Below are positions 48,832-57,675 of a stretch of 64,000 nt of DNA, in pieces; position 1 is the stretch's first letter, and the number at the start of each line of letters is the position of its first letter. Origin of the DNA: Candidatus Fraserbacteria bacterium (lineage in GTDB: Bacteria > Bipolaricaulota > Bipolaricaulia > RBG-16-55-9 > DRXL01); the NCBI GenBank assembly GCA_947085185.1, contig CAMTVK010000021.1, positions 32,001 to 96,000 on the forward strand. Direction: 5' to 3'. The position numbers and the translations under genes were made by a program. Under the pieces are notes generated by a model that was not told the origin of the DNA, searched no databases, and was given only the letters and a program-made list of their open reading frames with translations.

Positions 48832-50111
48832 AGGGGTTCTTTCAGTTCATCGGAGATGACGCGCACGAGCGCCTCGACGACCTTTGGGTCGAACTGGCGG
48901 CCGCTTTCTGCTTGGATGAGGCGCACGGCCTCGGCGGGCTCGTAGTGTCTGGGTTTCCCTTGGGATTCGCGATACAGACGATCGCTCGTCAGAGCATGGT
49001 AGACATCAGCGACGTGGATGATGCGTGCGCCCAGGGGGATCTGTTCGCCCTTGAGGCCGTCGGGGTAGCCGGAGCCGTCCCAGCGCTCATGTTCGTATTT
49101 GACCAAGTGGGCGGCTTCGCTGTACATCTCTAAGTTTTTGAGCAGATCGAAGCCGATGACGGTGTGTTGTTTGACGAGCTGCCATTCGGGGTCATTGAGG
49201 GGGCCGGGCTTATTGAGGATATCGTCGGGGATGCCGACCTTGCCGATGTCATGGACGAGTGCGGCGGTGCGGATCGTCTCGATTTGGTCTTCGGGGAGTT
49301 CCATCTCGCGCGCGATCTTTTCGGCCAAGTCCGCGACTTCTTCGGAGTGTTCTGCCGTGTAGGGATCGCGCTCGTGGAGCATTTTGACCATGGTTTCGAT
49401 GGTGCGTTGGGTTTCCCTGCGGAGCTTGGAGTAGCCGCGCAGGGTGAGGTGGACGCCGACGGCAGGGATGAGCACCAAGAGCGTCTGCCAGGGAGCTTGG
49501 ACGTAGACGACAGCAGTCAAGATCGCAATGATGCCGATAGCAAGAACTTGGAAGGGGAGATGACGAATATGGAAGGTCACGAGTTTTGAGAACCTGATGC
49601 GCTGAGTTAGGTGAAGGATCCCAGAAACGAGGATTGTATTTGTTGCCGCGTAGCCGGCATAAGCGAGAACGAGCGGAACTATCTCAGCCAACGATTTATA
49701 CGGTGGCGAATGGCCGCCAAATGCCTGAAAGATCAAGACAGCTGCCCAACTGCTGAGTACTATTTGGCTTGTGTTGAAAGCAACACGAGAGAAAAAATAT
49801 AGCGGATCCTCTCGTAAACGATACCATCGCAAGACGATCTCAGCAAAGAGCGTTCCTAGTAGGACGCTCCAGAGCATTGCTGGCGGCCCGGCGATGAACA
49901 GTACGGCACAGTATATGATCTCAGATGTTGACATACTGCGCCGTGAAGCAATTTCGACTTCGAAGAGGTCAGCCAAAAACGCAAGGATCGTAGCGATCAG
50001 CACCAGCATTATCGGTGTCGGATCGTTCTGGATGCGAGGCAAATAGAAACTAAGCGGGGCAAAACTTAGAAGGACGACAAACCAGACATACACTCTTACT
50101 TGCCAACTCAT
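48804..50111 (-). CDS. Membrane-anchored HD-GYP domain protein (cyclic dinucleotide phosphodiesterase family)
   Basis: Multi-TM N-terminal half; RDPYTAEHS, HDIGK, HERWDGSGYPDGLKGEQIP, ADVYHALTS, QFDP. Confidence 0.92.
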   Translation of the reverse strand: MSWQVRVYVWFVVLLSFAPLSFYLPRIQNDPTPIMLVLIATILAFLADLFEVEIASRRSMSTSEIIYCAVLFIAGPPAMLWSVLLGTLFAEIVLRWYRLREDPLYFFSRVAFNTSQIVLSSWAAVLIFQAFGGHSPPYKSLAEIVPLVLAYAGYAATNTILVSGILHLTQRIRFSKLVTFHIRHLPFQVLAIGIIAILTAVVYVQAPWQTLLVLIPAVGVHLTLRGYSKLRRETQRTIETMVKMLHERDPYTAEHSEEVADLAEKIAREMELPEDQIETIRTAALVHDIGKVGIPDDILNKPGPLNDPEWQLVKQHTVIGFDLLKNLEMYSEAAHLVKYEHERWDGSGYPDGLKGEQIPLGARIIHVADVYHALTSDRLYRESQGKPRHYEPAEAVRLIQAESGRQFDPKVVEALVRVISDELKEPLWFSSGRFS

Positions 50112-50130
50112 GTTGGCAGCATTATATGCA

Positions 50131-50163
50131 AAATAAAAAAGGGAGTCCAATCCGGACTCCCTT
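50131..50163 (-). terminator. Intrinsic terminator after the small peptide gene
   Basis: Minus strand AGGGAGTCC-GGATT-GGACTCCCT followed by a long T tract. Confidence 0.8.
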
Positions 50164-50184
50164 GGGGAATTTCAGAGTTTGAGC

Positions 50185-50328
50185 TTATGTCCACTTCTGA
50201 CCGGCACCGCTCATGAGCACGAAGGCGCTGATGATAGCGAGAATATAGAGCACCCGCGCCCCGATCTTCTCCTTCACCCAACCGGCTACTCGCTCTGCTA
50301 CCTGCCCGTTGTATTCTCCCCACTTCAT
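50185..50328 (-). CDS. 47-aa putative signalling-peptide precursor (absent from the ORF track)
   Basis: MKWGEYNGQVAERVAGWVKEKIGARVLYILAIISAFVLMSGAGQKWT*; AAAGGAGG RBS 8 nt upstream; own promoter and terminator. Confidence 0.85.
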   Translation of the reverse strand: MKWGEYNGQVAERVAGWVKEKIGARVLYILAIISAFVLMSGAGQKWT

Positions 50329-50364
50329 GGTCGTTGCCTCCTTTATGTTGTTGTTGATGGCCAT

Positions 50365-50393
50365 ATTTTATATGCACTTGTATGTTTTGTCAA
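50365..50393 (-). promoter_or_regulatory. Sigma70 promoter of the peptide gene
   Basis: Minus strand TTGACA-17 bp-TAAAAT. Confidence 0.8.
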
Positions 50394-50425
50394 GAGCTAT
50401 AACAAAAATCGCGAGTGATTCTTTT

Positions 50426-51811
50426 TTAAGAGGGCCGAAATTCCCGCCGAAAGACCCGCTCACCCCCAGTATCAATGTACTCCACCGTGAGCCGCCCGTC
50501 GCCTAAGACCGTGATCTGCCCGAAATTCCAATGCTGATTGCTCCCGAAAATCCGCGTGGGATTGAGCGTTTCATCGAGCTGCCCCATGTACGACGTCAGG
50601 GCGCTCAGCGGCCCCGCAGTAAACTCATAAAAGTCTATCGCCCCATCGCGATTGGGATCATAGTGAATGACATCGATGAGGTGCTCGTCCCCGGTGAGCC
50701 AGACGACGTTCTTGATCTTGTTCTGCATGATGAAATCGCTGATCTCGATGAGCTCGCGCTCAAAGCCCGTCTCGCTCTCGCCGTTGGCCCAGCTGTCGCA
50801 CGCCGCCGGACAATCCGAAGGGAACGAGAGCTTGACTGTCGAGGCAATGAACTTCCAGGTCGCGTTGGAGGTGCGCAGGCTCTCTTTGAGCCACGCAAGC
50901 TGCTCTCGGCCGAGCATGGTCTTATCTGGGCCATCGGGGCGCTTATTGTCGCTACGGTACTGCCGTGTGTCCAAGATAAAGATCTCGACGTGCTGGCCCC
51001 ACCGGAACGAACGATATAAACGATGGGGATCTTGGGGGTTCACCGTGATGGGGAAGAACTCGAAGAAGACTTGCCGACCGATAGCTAATCTCTGGGGATC
51101 TACGGTCGTGCCCGAAAAGTTATTGATCACCTCGTGATCGTCCCAGATCATATACAGGCTCGTAGCGGCGCGCGCTTTTTGATAGGGCTTATCGGCAAGC
51201 TGATATTTCTGCTTGGCCCGATATTCTTCTAGCGTGTTGGCGACGAACTCACTGCCGGGGGCATTGGGCGGACTAGGGCAGCGCTCGTCGTTATACACCG
51301 TGTCGCCGAGGAAGAGAAAGAAATCGGGCTGGGCTTCAGTCAAGTGATTGAAGATAAAATACTCTGGGCGGCGGCACATGCCCTGACCCCCCAAGTCAGC
51401 GCTCCAGGCGAATTTCACGGGACTAGGGGCGTTGGCTTGTGGAGCCGTGATGAACGTCCCGGCGACGGGCGCGCTCTGCTCACTCCCCAATACTTGGCGC
51501 ACGCGATAGGAATAGCGTGTCGCTGGAGTAAGCCCCGTGAGCACGACCTTGCCGGTGAAGTCCGACTCTGGCTTGAGGACAACAGGCTCGGCGCGCTGCA
51601 CGTCGCGGAAGTCCTCGCTGGTGCTGTACTCCACCACGAGCGTTGAGTTGGGGGCTTCCGCCCCGCGCGCCCAGATGATCGCGCTCTGGGGGGTGACGTC
51701 GCCGGAAGAGACCCCATGGGTGATCGCAAGTTTGGCGCCCGCTCCCACACTGAAAGGAGCAAGAGCCCCGCCGATGAACAACAGAACCCCGACTCTGAAG
51801 AGATTTTTCAT
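50426..51811 (-). CDS. phoD: Alkaline phosphatase D (PhoD) family
   Basis: HGVSSGD, FLGDTVY, IWDDHEV, LDTRQYR, LTGDEH; signal peptide; AGGAGG RBS. Confidence 0.92.
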   Translation of the reverse strand: MKNLFRVGVLLFIGGALAPFSVGAGAKLAITHGVSSGDVTPQSAIIWARGAEAPNSTLVVEYSTSEDFRDVQRAEPVVLKPESDFTGKVVLTGLTPATRYSYRVRQVLGSEQSAPVAGTFITAPQANAPSPVKFAWSADLGGQGMCRRPEYFIFNHLTEAQPDFFLFLGDTVYNDERCPSPPNAPGSEFVANTLEEYRAKQKYQLADKPYQKARAATSLYMIWDDHEVINNFSGTTVDPQRLAIGRQVFFEFFPITVNPQDPHRLYRSFRWGQHVEIFILDTRQYRSDNKRPDGPDKTMLGREQLAWLKESLRTSNATWKFIASTVKLSFPSDCPAACDSWANGESETGFERELIEISDFIMQNKIKNVVWLTGDEHLIDVIHYDPNRDGAIDFYEFTAGPLSALTSYMGQLDETLNPTRIFGSNQHWNFGQITVLGDGRLTVEYIDTGGERVFRREFRPS

Positions 51812-51900
51812 AGTCCTGCACCTCCTGAGAGAGATTATAGCCATACTGTGGCGATCTGCCAAATGAGTCGGCAGCCCAATGGAGCATGCGCTCATAAGCT

Positions 51901-52110
51901 TCATAAATATTTTTTGAACTCTTCTTCAGTCATGCCGATCTGCTTCAGGATAGCCCGATAGAGCCCAGACTTTAGCTCTCGGCTATGGACTGGCACGGTT
52001 GTCCATCGTCCATCAGGATGGGCATAGATAGCCTCACTGCCCTTCTGGCGTTTGCGGCGAAACCCCAGCTTTTCTAGGGCCTTCTGCACCTCAGGGGAGC
52101 GCGGCGGCAT
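51901..52110 (-). CDS. hicA: HicA family toxin
   Basis: LEKLGF..RQKGSE, TTVPVH, LYRAILKQIG. Confidence 0.85.
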   Translation of the reverse strand: MPPRSPEVQKALEKLGFRRKRQKGSEAIYAHPDGRWTTVPVHSRELKSGLYRAILKQIGMTEEEFKKYL

Positions 52111-52306
52111 AGTCTGGTTCTGGGATGGGCTGCCCAGCTTCCCTCAAATGCTCGATGACAAGCTCCATCGCATCAAGGACGTTCTGCAAGGTCTCTTCAT
52201 ATGTTTCGCCCTCAGCGAAACATCCTGGAAGTGCAGGGACTTCCGCCCAAAAGCCCCCCTCTGGCGCAGGGTGAATGACGACTCTATACCGGCGCTCGCT
52301 GCTCAT
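52091..52306 (-). CDS. hicB: HicB family antitoxin
   Basis: EGGFWAEVPALPGCFAEGETYEE. Confidence 0.9.
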   Translation of the reverse strand: MSSERRYRVVIHPAPEGGFWAEVPALPGCFAEGETYEETLQNVLDAMELVIEHLREAGQPIPEPDYAAALP

Positions 52307-52319
52307 GTATGATCATCTC

Positions 52320-53228
52320 CTAGCGCATCAAGAGCACGAGCACAGCTTTTTGCGCGTGGAGTCTGTTTTCGGCTTCGTCGAAGATCGCGCTCTGCGGCCC
52401 GTGCGCGACTTCGTGCGTGATCTCCTCCCCATAGTGCGCCGGCAGACAGTGCATAACTAGAGCATCGGGCTTGGCCAGCTTGAGCAGCTCTTGATTGATC
52501 TGAAAGTCTCTAAATCTCTTGCGGCGCTCTTCGGCTTCACGCTCTTGGCCCATCGAGGTCCACACGTCGGTGTAGAGAATATCGGCTCCTTGAGCAGCCA
52601 GCTTGGGAGCGTGAACGATCTCGACTCTGCCCAGGCGCCGCGCTCGATCTAAGATCTGTGCGTTCGGCTCATGCCCTGTAGGGCACGCGACTATGATCTC
52701 CATGCCGAGCTTGGGCCCGGCTTCCAGCCAGGAATTGCACACATTGTTCCCGTCGCCGATCCACCCGAGCTTCAGCCCCTCCAATCTGCGCTTCTTCTCA
52801 TAGACCGTCAGCAGATCCCCCAAAATCTGACAGGGGTGCAGCAGATCCGAAAGCCCGTTGATCACGGGCACGTCAGAGTATTTCGCAAGCTCCTCGACGA
52901 TCTCATGGCCGAAGACCCGCGCCATGATCCCGTCGCAGTACCGAGAGAGCACTTTGGCGATATCCTCGATCGTCTCGCGCTGGCCGAGCTTAATATCGTC
53001 TGGGCCCAGATAGATCGCATGGCCTCCAAGCTGGGTCATGCCCACTTCGAACGAGACCCGTGTGCGCAGTGACGGCTTCTGAAAGATCATGGCGAGCGTC
53101 TTGCCCGCCAGCATGCTATGGGCGATGCCGGCGCGGTGCTCCCGCTTGAGCTGCACCGCCGTCTCCAGAAGCTCCCACACGTCTTCAGCCGTATAGTCAG
53201 CAAACGAGATGAGATGCCTATGGCGCAT
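52320..53228 (-). CDS. argF: Ornithine carbamoyltransferase
   Basis: PSLRTR, HPCQ, DVWTSMG, HCLP, AENRLH. Confidence 0.96.
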   Translation of the reverse strand: MRHRHLISFADYTAEDVWELLETAVQLKREHRAGIAHSMLAGKTLAMIFQKPSLRTRVSFEVGMTQLGGHAIYLGPDDIKLGQRETIEDIAKVLSRYCDGIMARVFGHEIVEELAKYSDVPVINGLSDLLHPCQILGDLLTVYEKKRRLEGLKLGWIGDGNNVCNSWLEAGPKLGMEIIVACPTGHEPNAQILDRARRLGRVEIVHAPKLAAQGADILYTDVWTSMGQEREAEERRKRFRDFQINQELLKLAKPDALVMHCLPAHYGEEITHEVAHGPQSAIFDEAENRLHAQKAVLVLLMR

Positions 53229-53331
53229 ATCTCGCCTCCTTCTGCTAGGATGATACTGGAATCCGACCGAGGCGCCAAGTTGATTTTTTCGCGCCCGTGC
53301 TTTAGAGTGAAATCTCAGAAGGAGGCGAGCG

Positions 53332-54210
53332 ATGAAGGTCTATCTCAACGGCGAGTTCGTCCCCGAAGAAGAAGCAAAGATTAGCGTCTTCGATCACGGC
53401 TTGCTCTACGGCGACGGGGTCTTTGAGGGCATCCGAGCCTATGACGGCTACGTCTTCAAGCTCGAGCGACATATGGATCGGCTCTACGACAGTGCTCAAG
53501 CTATTGCGCTGGAGATCCCGCTTGGTCGAGAGCAGATGACCCAAGCTATCCTTGAGACGTTACGGGTCAACAGGCTGCGCAGCGCGTATATTCGCCCGAT
53601 CGTGACGCGCGGGCCTGGAGACTTAGGGGTGGACCCACGCCGCTGCCACGGCAAGCCCTCAGTGATTATCATCGTCAAGGAATGGAGATCGCTCTATGGG
53701 GAAGAAAAGATGCGCACCGGCCTGCGAGCGATCGTTGCCCACACCCGCGCCCGCTCCCCTGATAGCCTCTCGCAGAATATTAAATCTCTGAATTACTTAT
53801 CGAACATTATGGCCAAGATCGAGGCCAATCACGCCGGAGCTGATGAGGCGATCATGCTTGATAGCAACGGCTTTGTTGCCGAGGGCACTGCCGACAACGT
53901 CTTTATAGTAAAGCGCGGCACGATCTTCGTGCCCCCAACAGTCACGAATCTCCCCGGCGTCACCCGCGAGACGGTGATCGAGCTTGCCCAAAGAGAGCAG
54001 ATTCCCGTGCGTGAGGAGTTCTTCGGGGTCCCAGCGCTCTATGGGGCTGATGAGTGTTTTATCACCGGGACGGCCGCGGAGATCGCACCGATCGTCGAGA
54101 TCGACAAAAGAGTGATTGGGACGGGCAAGCCCGGTCCGATCACGCAAAGGCTGATGGAGCGATTCCGAGCGATCACGGGCATCCCTGAGACAGGCACGCC
54201 CATCTATTGA
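53332..54210 (+). CDS. ilvE: Branched-chain amino acid aminotransferase
   Basis: [32 protein letters not shown]. Confidence 0.95.
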   Translation: MKVYLNGEFVPEEEAKISVFDHGLLYGDGVFEGIRAYDGYVFKLERHMDRLYDSAQAIALEIPLGREQMTQAILETLRVNRLRSAYIRPIVTRGPGDLGVDPRRCHGKPSVIIIVKEWRSLYGEEKMRTGLRAIVAHTRARSPDSLSQNIKSLNYLSNIMAKIEANHAGADEAIMLDSNGFVAEGTADNVFIVKRGTIFVPPTVTNLPGVTRETVIELAQREQIPVREEFFGVPALYGADECFITGTAAEIAPIVEIDKRVIGTGKPGPITQRLMERFRAITGIPETGTPIY

Positions 54211-54260
54211 AAGCGCTGCTGGGCTTGGAATCTCAAAGTGCACTGTGTATACTTCATCCT

Positions 54261-54503
54261 ATGAAGGCGAAGGTTCAGAAGTGGGGCAATAGTTTGGCTC
54301 TACGCATTCCGAAGGCTTTTGCTGCCGAGGTCGGCTTGTTTAACGAAGCCACGGTCGAAGTGACAGTTAAAGGCCGTAAACTCATCGTTGAACCACTGAA
54401 GCAGCCGGGCTGGACCCTGCACCAGCTTCTCAAAGGAGTTACGAGAAAGAACTTGCACGCAGAGATTGCCACCGGCCTGCCTCAAGGGAATGAAGCGTGG
54501 TAA
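54261..54503 (+). CDS. mazE: AbrB/MazE family antitoxin
   Basis: VQKWGNSLALRIP, C-terminal GNEAW. Confidence 0.92.
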   Translation: MKAKVQKWGNSLALRIPKAFAAEVGLFNEATVEVTVKGRKLIVEPLKQPGWTLHQLLKGVTRKNLHAEIATGLPQGNEAW

Positions 54504-54841
54504 CGGGTGTGTCTCCAGTGCCTGATCGTGGCGACATCGTCTGGATCTTACTGAGTCCGCAAGTAGGTCATGAACAAGCAGGGAGGCGACCGGCGCTGGT
54601 GCTCTCACCTGCGGCTTATAATCGCAAAGTAGGCTTGGCGCTCCTTTGCCCTATAACAAGCCAGGTCAAGGGCTATCCTTTTGAAGTGCGCCTACCTCAA
54701 GGATTGCCCGTGGCTGGTGTGATCTTATCTGACCAAGTCAAAAGTCTAGATTGGAGGGCGCGAAAGGCTGAGATAGTTTGTAAAGTACCTGATGAGATCG
54801 TCCAGGAAGTGTTGTTGAAGTTAGGGACCCTGCTCTCTTGA
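54497..54841 (+). CDS. mazF: MazF/PemK endoribonuclease toxin
   Basis: PDRGDIVW, GHEQAGRRPALVLS, CPITSQVKGYPFEV, DQVKSLDW. Confidence 0.95.
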   Translation: MVTGVSPVPDRGDIVWILLSPQVGHEQAGRRPALVLSPAAYNRKVGLALLCPITSQVKGYPFEVRLPQGLPVAGVILSDQVKSLDWRARKAEIVCKVPDEIVQEVLLKLGTLLS

Positions 54842-54862
54842 GAGCGAGCTAGGAGGTGATCT

Positions 54863-56308
54863 ATGGGGGTTCGAGTTCGGTTTGCCCCAAGCCCAACGGG
54901 GGAATTACACGTCGGGGGAGCGCGCACCGCGCTCTTCAATTGGCTCTTCGCACGCAAGCACCAGGGCGTCTTTATTCTGAGATTCGAAGATACTGATATT
55001 GAGCGCAATCGCCTGGAGCTGATCGAGCCCATCTTAGAAAGTTTGCGGTGGCTTGGACTGCTCTGGGACGAAGGGCCGTACTTCCAGAGCCAACGCTTGA
55101 GCCTCTATCAAGAGTGGGCCAAGCGACTGCTCTCCGAGGGGAAGGCGTATAAGTGTTACTGTACTCCTGAAGAGCTGGAGAAGAAGCGCCAAGCTGCGCT
55201 CGCTGCCAAACAGAAGCCTCGCTACGACGGGCACTGCCGAGCTCTCACCCCCTCCCAAGAGCAGAGGTTCATCAGCGAAGGGCGCAAGCCCGCTCTGCGA
55301 CTGAAGATCCCTCAATCGGGCACGATCGTCGTCGAGGACGTCATTCGCGGGCGGGTCGAGTTCGATCTCGCCGAGCTCGACGATTTTATCATCCTTCGTT
55401 CTGATGGCCGGCCGACATATAATTTTGCCGTCGTCGTAGACGACGTCACGATGGGCATCACCCACGTCATCCGCGCCGACGAGCATCTCAACAACACTCC
55501 AAAACAGATCCTGATCTATCACGCGTTTGGAGAAGGTCTGCCCGTCTTCGCTCATGTTCCCATGGTCTTGGCCAAAGATCGGAGTAAGCTGTCCAAGCGC
55601 CACGGCGCGACGGCGGTGTTTGAGTTTCGCGACCGTGGGATTTTGCCAGAAGCGCTCGTCAATTATCTGGCTCGTTTAGGCTGGTCGCACGGCGACCAAG
55701 AGATCTTTACTGTCCAAGAGCTGATCGAGAATTTTTCGCTTTCGGCTGTCCACCCCTCCGCGGCAATCTTCGACGAAGAGAAATTATGTTGGGTGAATCA
55801 GCACTATCTCAAGACGAGCGATCCCCATGGTCTGGGGGAGCTCTTACGCCCGTTCTTGGTGAAGCTCAATATTATGAGCGAGGCTGAGGCCCACGCTGTG
55901 CCCAGTGGAAGACTCGCGCAGATCGTGGTGCTCTTTCGGGAGCGGGCCAAGACGCTCATCGAGCTGGCCGAGCCGGCTCGGTATCTGCTGACAGATACTG
56001 TTTCGTATGAACCGGAGGCGGTGCAGAAGTTTCTCACCCCAGAGAAGATTGAGCTTGTGCGTGGGCTGGCGGAGGCGCTCGCTGTGGTGGAGCCGTTTAC
56101 GGCGTCGGAGCTAGAGAGGGCCACGCGGGCATATCTTGAGCAGCAAGGCAAGGCGCTCAAAGATATGGCGCAGGCGTGTCGGGTGGCGCTGACGGGGCGA
56201 ACGGCAGGGGCGGGGCTCTTCGAGACGATGGAGCTGATCGGGCGAGAGCGAGTCATTGCCCGACTGCGGCAGGCGAGCGCCAAGCGGCTAGAGCAGTTTC
56301 ACGTATAG
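54863..56308 (+). CDS. gltX: Glutamate--tRNA ligase
   Basis: RFAPSPTG, HVGG, KLSKR. Confidence 0.97.
   Translation: MGVRVRFAPSPTGELHVGGARTALFNWLFARKHQGVFILRFEDTDIERNRLELIEPILESLRWLGLLWDEGPYFQSQRLSLYQEWAKRLLSEGKAYKCYCTPEELEKKRQAALAAKQKPRYDGHCRALTPSQEQRFISEGRKPALRLKIPQSGTIVVEDVIRGRVEFDLAELDDFIILRSDGRPTYNFAVVVDDVTMGITHVIRADEHLNNTPKQILIYHAFGEGLPVFAHVPMVLAKDRSKLSKRHGATAVFEFRDRGILPEALVNYLARLGWSHGDQEIFTVQELIENFSLSAVHPSAAIFDEEKLCWVNQHYLKTSDPHGLGELLRPFLVKLNIMSEAEAHAVPSGRLAQIVVLFRERAKTLIELAEPARYLLTDTVSYEPEAVQKFLTPEKIELVRGLAEALAVVEPFTASELERATRAYLEQQGKALKDMAQACRVALTGRTAGAGLFETMELIGRERVIARLRQASAKRLEQFHV
56241..56275 (+). repeat. 35-bp direct repeat, copy 1 (within gltX 3' end)
   Basis: GGCGAGAGCGAGTCATTGCCCGACTGCGGCAGGCG, identical at 57039-57073. 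Confidence 0.95.
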
Positions 56309-56616
56309 ACAATGCCGTCGCGGGCGGCATTTTCTAAGAAGGCCCACTCCCCATGCGCCCACTCCTCGGGCGTGACCCCAAAAGCTTCAATGGGCTCTAA
56401 GATGCGCGCTGCGGCTACTCCCAACAGCTCTAGGCGCTCCCGCAAATCCTTGCCTGCAAAGTCTTGAGAGATGACGACGAGATCAATGTCACTCCAGGCC
56501 TCATTGTGACCGCGTGCACAGGAACCGAATAAGATCAAACGCTCAGGCCGCACACCCATGATGATCAATTGTTGCTTGAACCGCTCGAGGACTGAGGCAA
56601 TTGTGTCTTCAGCCAT
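56299..56616 (-). CDS. Minimal nucleotidyltransferase (MNT)
   Basis: ILFGSCARG...SDIDLVVIS. Confidence 0.9.
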   Translation of the reverse strand: MAEDTIASVLERFKQQLIIMGVRPERLILFGSCARGHNEAWSDIDLVVISQDFAGKDLRERLELLGVAAARILEPIEAFGVTPEEWAHGEWAFLENAARDGIVYT

Positions 56617-56975
56617 CGTAGTACCTCCTTGGTTTTCTTGAGATATTCTTGAGTCACACGCCGGGGATAGGCTCGTATAGCTTTTTGCAGGTCTTCCGGG
56701 TAGCGTGTCACCACACTGGCGTCATTGAGCTTACCGATGAAATCGAGCAGTTCTTGGGGCACGAGCAAAGCCAACTCTTTGATGAAAAAGAGCAAGCTAT
56801 GCGTCCTGGGTGGAAACCGCCCTGTGAACTCCCAATAGAGTGCCTTGAGCGCTTTCTCAGTTGCCAGATGGCACATAAAGATGCAGTACACATAGCGTCG
56901 AGAACGGAACATCACCTGAGCCGTTTTCCAGTCGTAGTCAGACATCTCCAGCCATTTGCGTGTCTGTTCTTTCAT
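56565..56975 (-). CDS. HEPN domain protein
   Basis: KWLEMSDYD, FMCHLATEKALKA, PPRTHSL, TRYP. Confidence 0.9.
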   Translation of the reverse strand: MKEQTRKWLEMSDYDWKTAQVMFRSRRYVYCIFMCHLATEKALKALYWEFTGRFPPRTHSLLFFIKELALLVPQELLDFIGKLNDASVVTRYPEDLQKAIRAYPRRVTQEYLKKTKEVLRWLKTQLPQSSSGSSNN

Positions 56976-57028
56976 ACCGGAGCCTTCTTGCATTTGCAAT
57001 AAGATCATGACGGATCGGGTAGGCTTTG

Positions 57029-57289
57029 TCAAACTTCAGGCGAGAGCGAGTCATTGCCCGACTGCGGCAGGCGGGGGCTTGAGCACAGCAAAAGGCGCTT
57101 TTGTAAGCGCTTAACCTCTTTTTGGCGAATGCGAATCTCTTTCTTCCAGTAGGTGATAAGCCGTTGATTGGGGTGAGCTTTTTTCTGCTCTTCTGAGAGC
57201 TTGCGTTGGTGCTCCCGGATGGTCTCTTGCAAGCCTGCTATGCGTTTTTTGAGTGCCTTGCGGCGTCGGTGTTGGTCACGCTTGCTCAA
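57029..57289 (-). CDS. Small basic coiled-coil hypothetical protein
   Basis: IAGLQETIREHQRKL...LITYWKKEI; GAGGAG RBS before TTG 57289. Confidence 0.6.
   Translation of the reverse strand: MSKRDQHRRRKALKKRIAGLQETIREHQRKLSEEQKKAHPNQRLITYWKKEIRIRQKEVKRLQKRLLLCSSPRLPQSGNDSLSPEV
57039..57073 (+). repeat. 35-bp direct repeat, copy 2
   Basis: Identical to 56241-56275; followed by GGGGCTTGA, which gives a stop in the gltX frame. Confidence 0.95.
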
Positions 57290-57309
57290 AGCTCTCCTCA
57301 CAGAGCGAA

Positions 57310-57552
57310 TTAAGCTTCAAGTTCAACGCGGTCCCACTCCTTGATGAGGGTGGACAGATCATGCTGTAGAGAGATGAGGCGGCCGTAGAGAGAACTTTCA
57401 AGTCGTTGGTGAAGCTTGCTGTTTGGCTTTGTCTTCTTCAGTTGCTCGAGCAACCGAAGGGTTTCTCGGCATTCGCTTTCAAATTCCTTGACCAAACCGT
57501 CGAGGAACTCATGAGAAGTAGAGAGCACCTGGCATGGTGAGTTTGCAGCCAT
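57310..57552 (-). CDS. Small helical hypothetical protein
   Basis: GAGGTG RBS; 80-aa amphipathic helices; co-oriented with the previous ORF. Confidence 0.6.
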   Translation of the reverse strand: MAANSPCQVLSTSHEFLDGLVKEFESECRETLRLLEQLKKTKPNSKLHQRLESSLYGRLISLQHDLSTLIKEWDRVELEA

Positions 57553-57675
57553 TGTGTGTCACCTCGCGCTGATATTGTGTCAAAGAGGAGGGCCGTTGTC
57601 AACTTCAAAAATCCGCCATCGGCTCGTCGGTTGCATCTCCGCCCTACTCAAGCTACAATGACCTCCTGAACGACT

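Noticed and set aside
50108..50506. Track ORFs 50108-50377(-), 50179-50418(+), 50309-50506(+)
   Set aside because: They lack an RBS and cross the promoter or terminator; the 47-aa ORF 50328-50185 has full expression signals.
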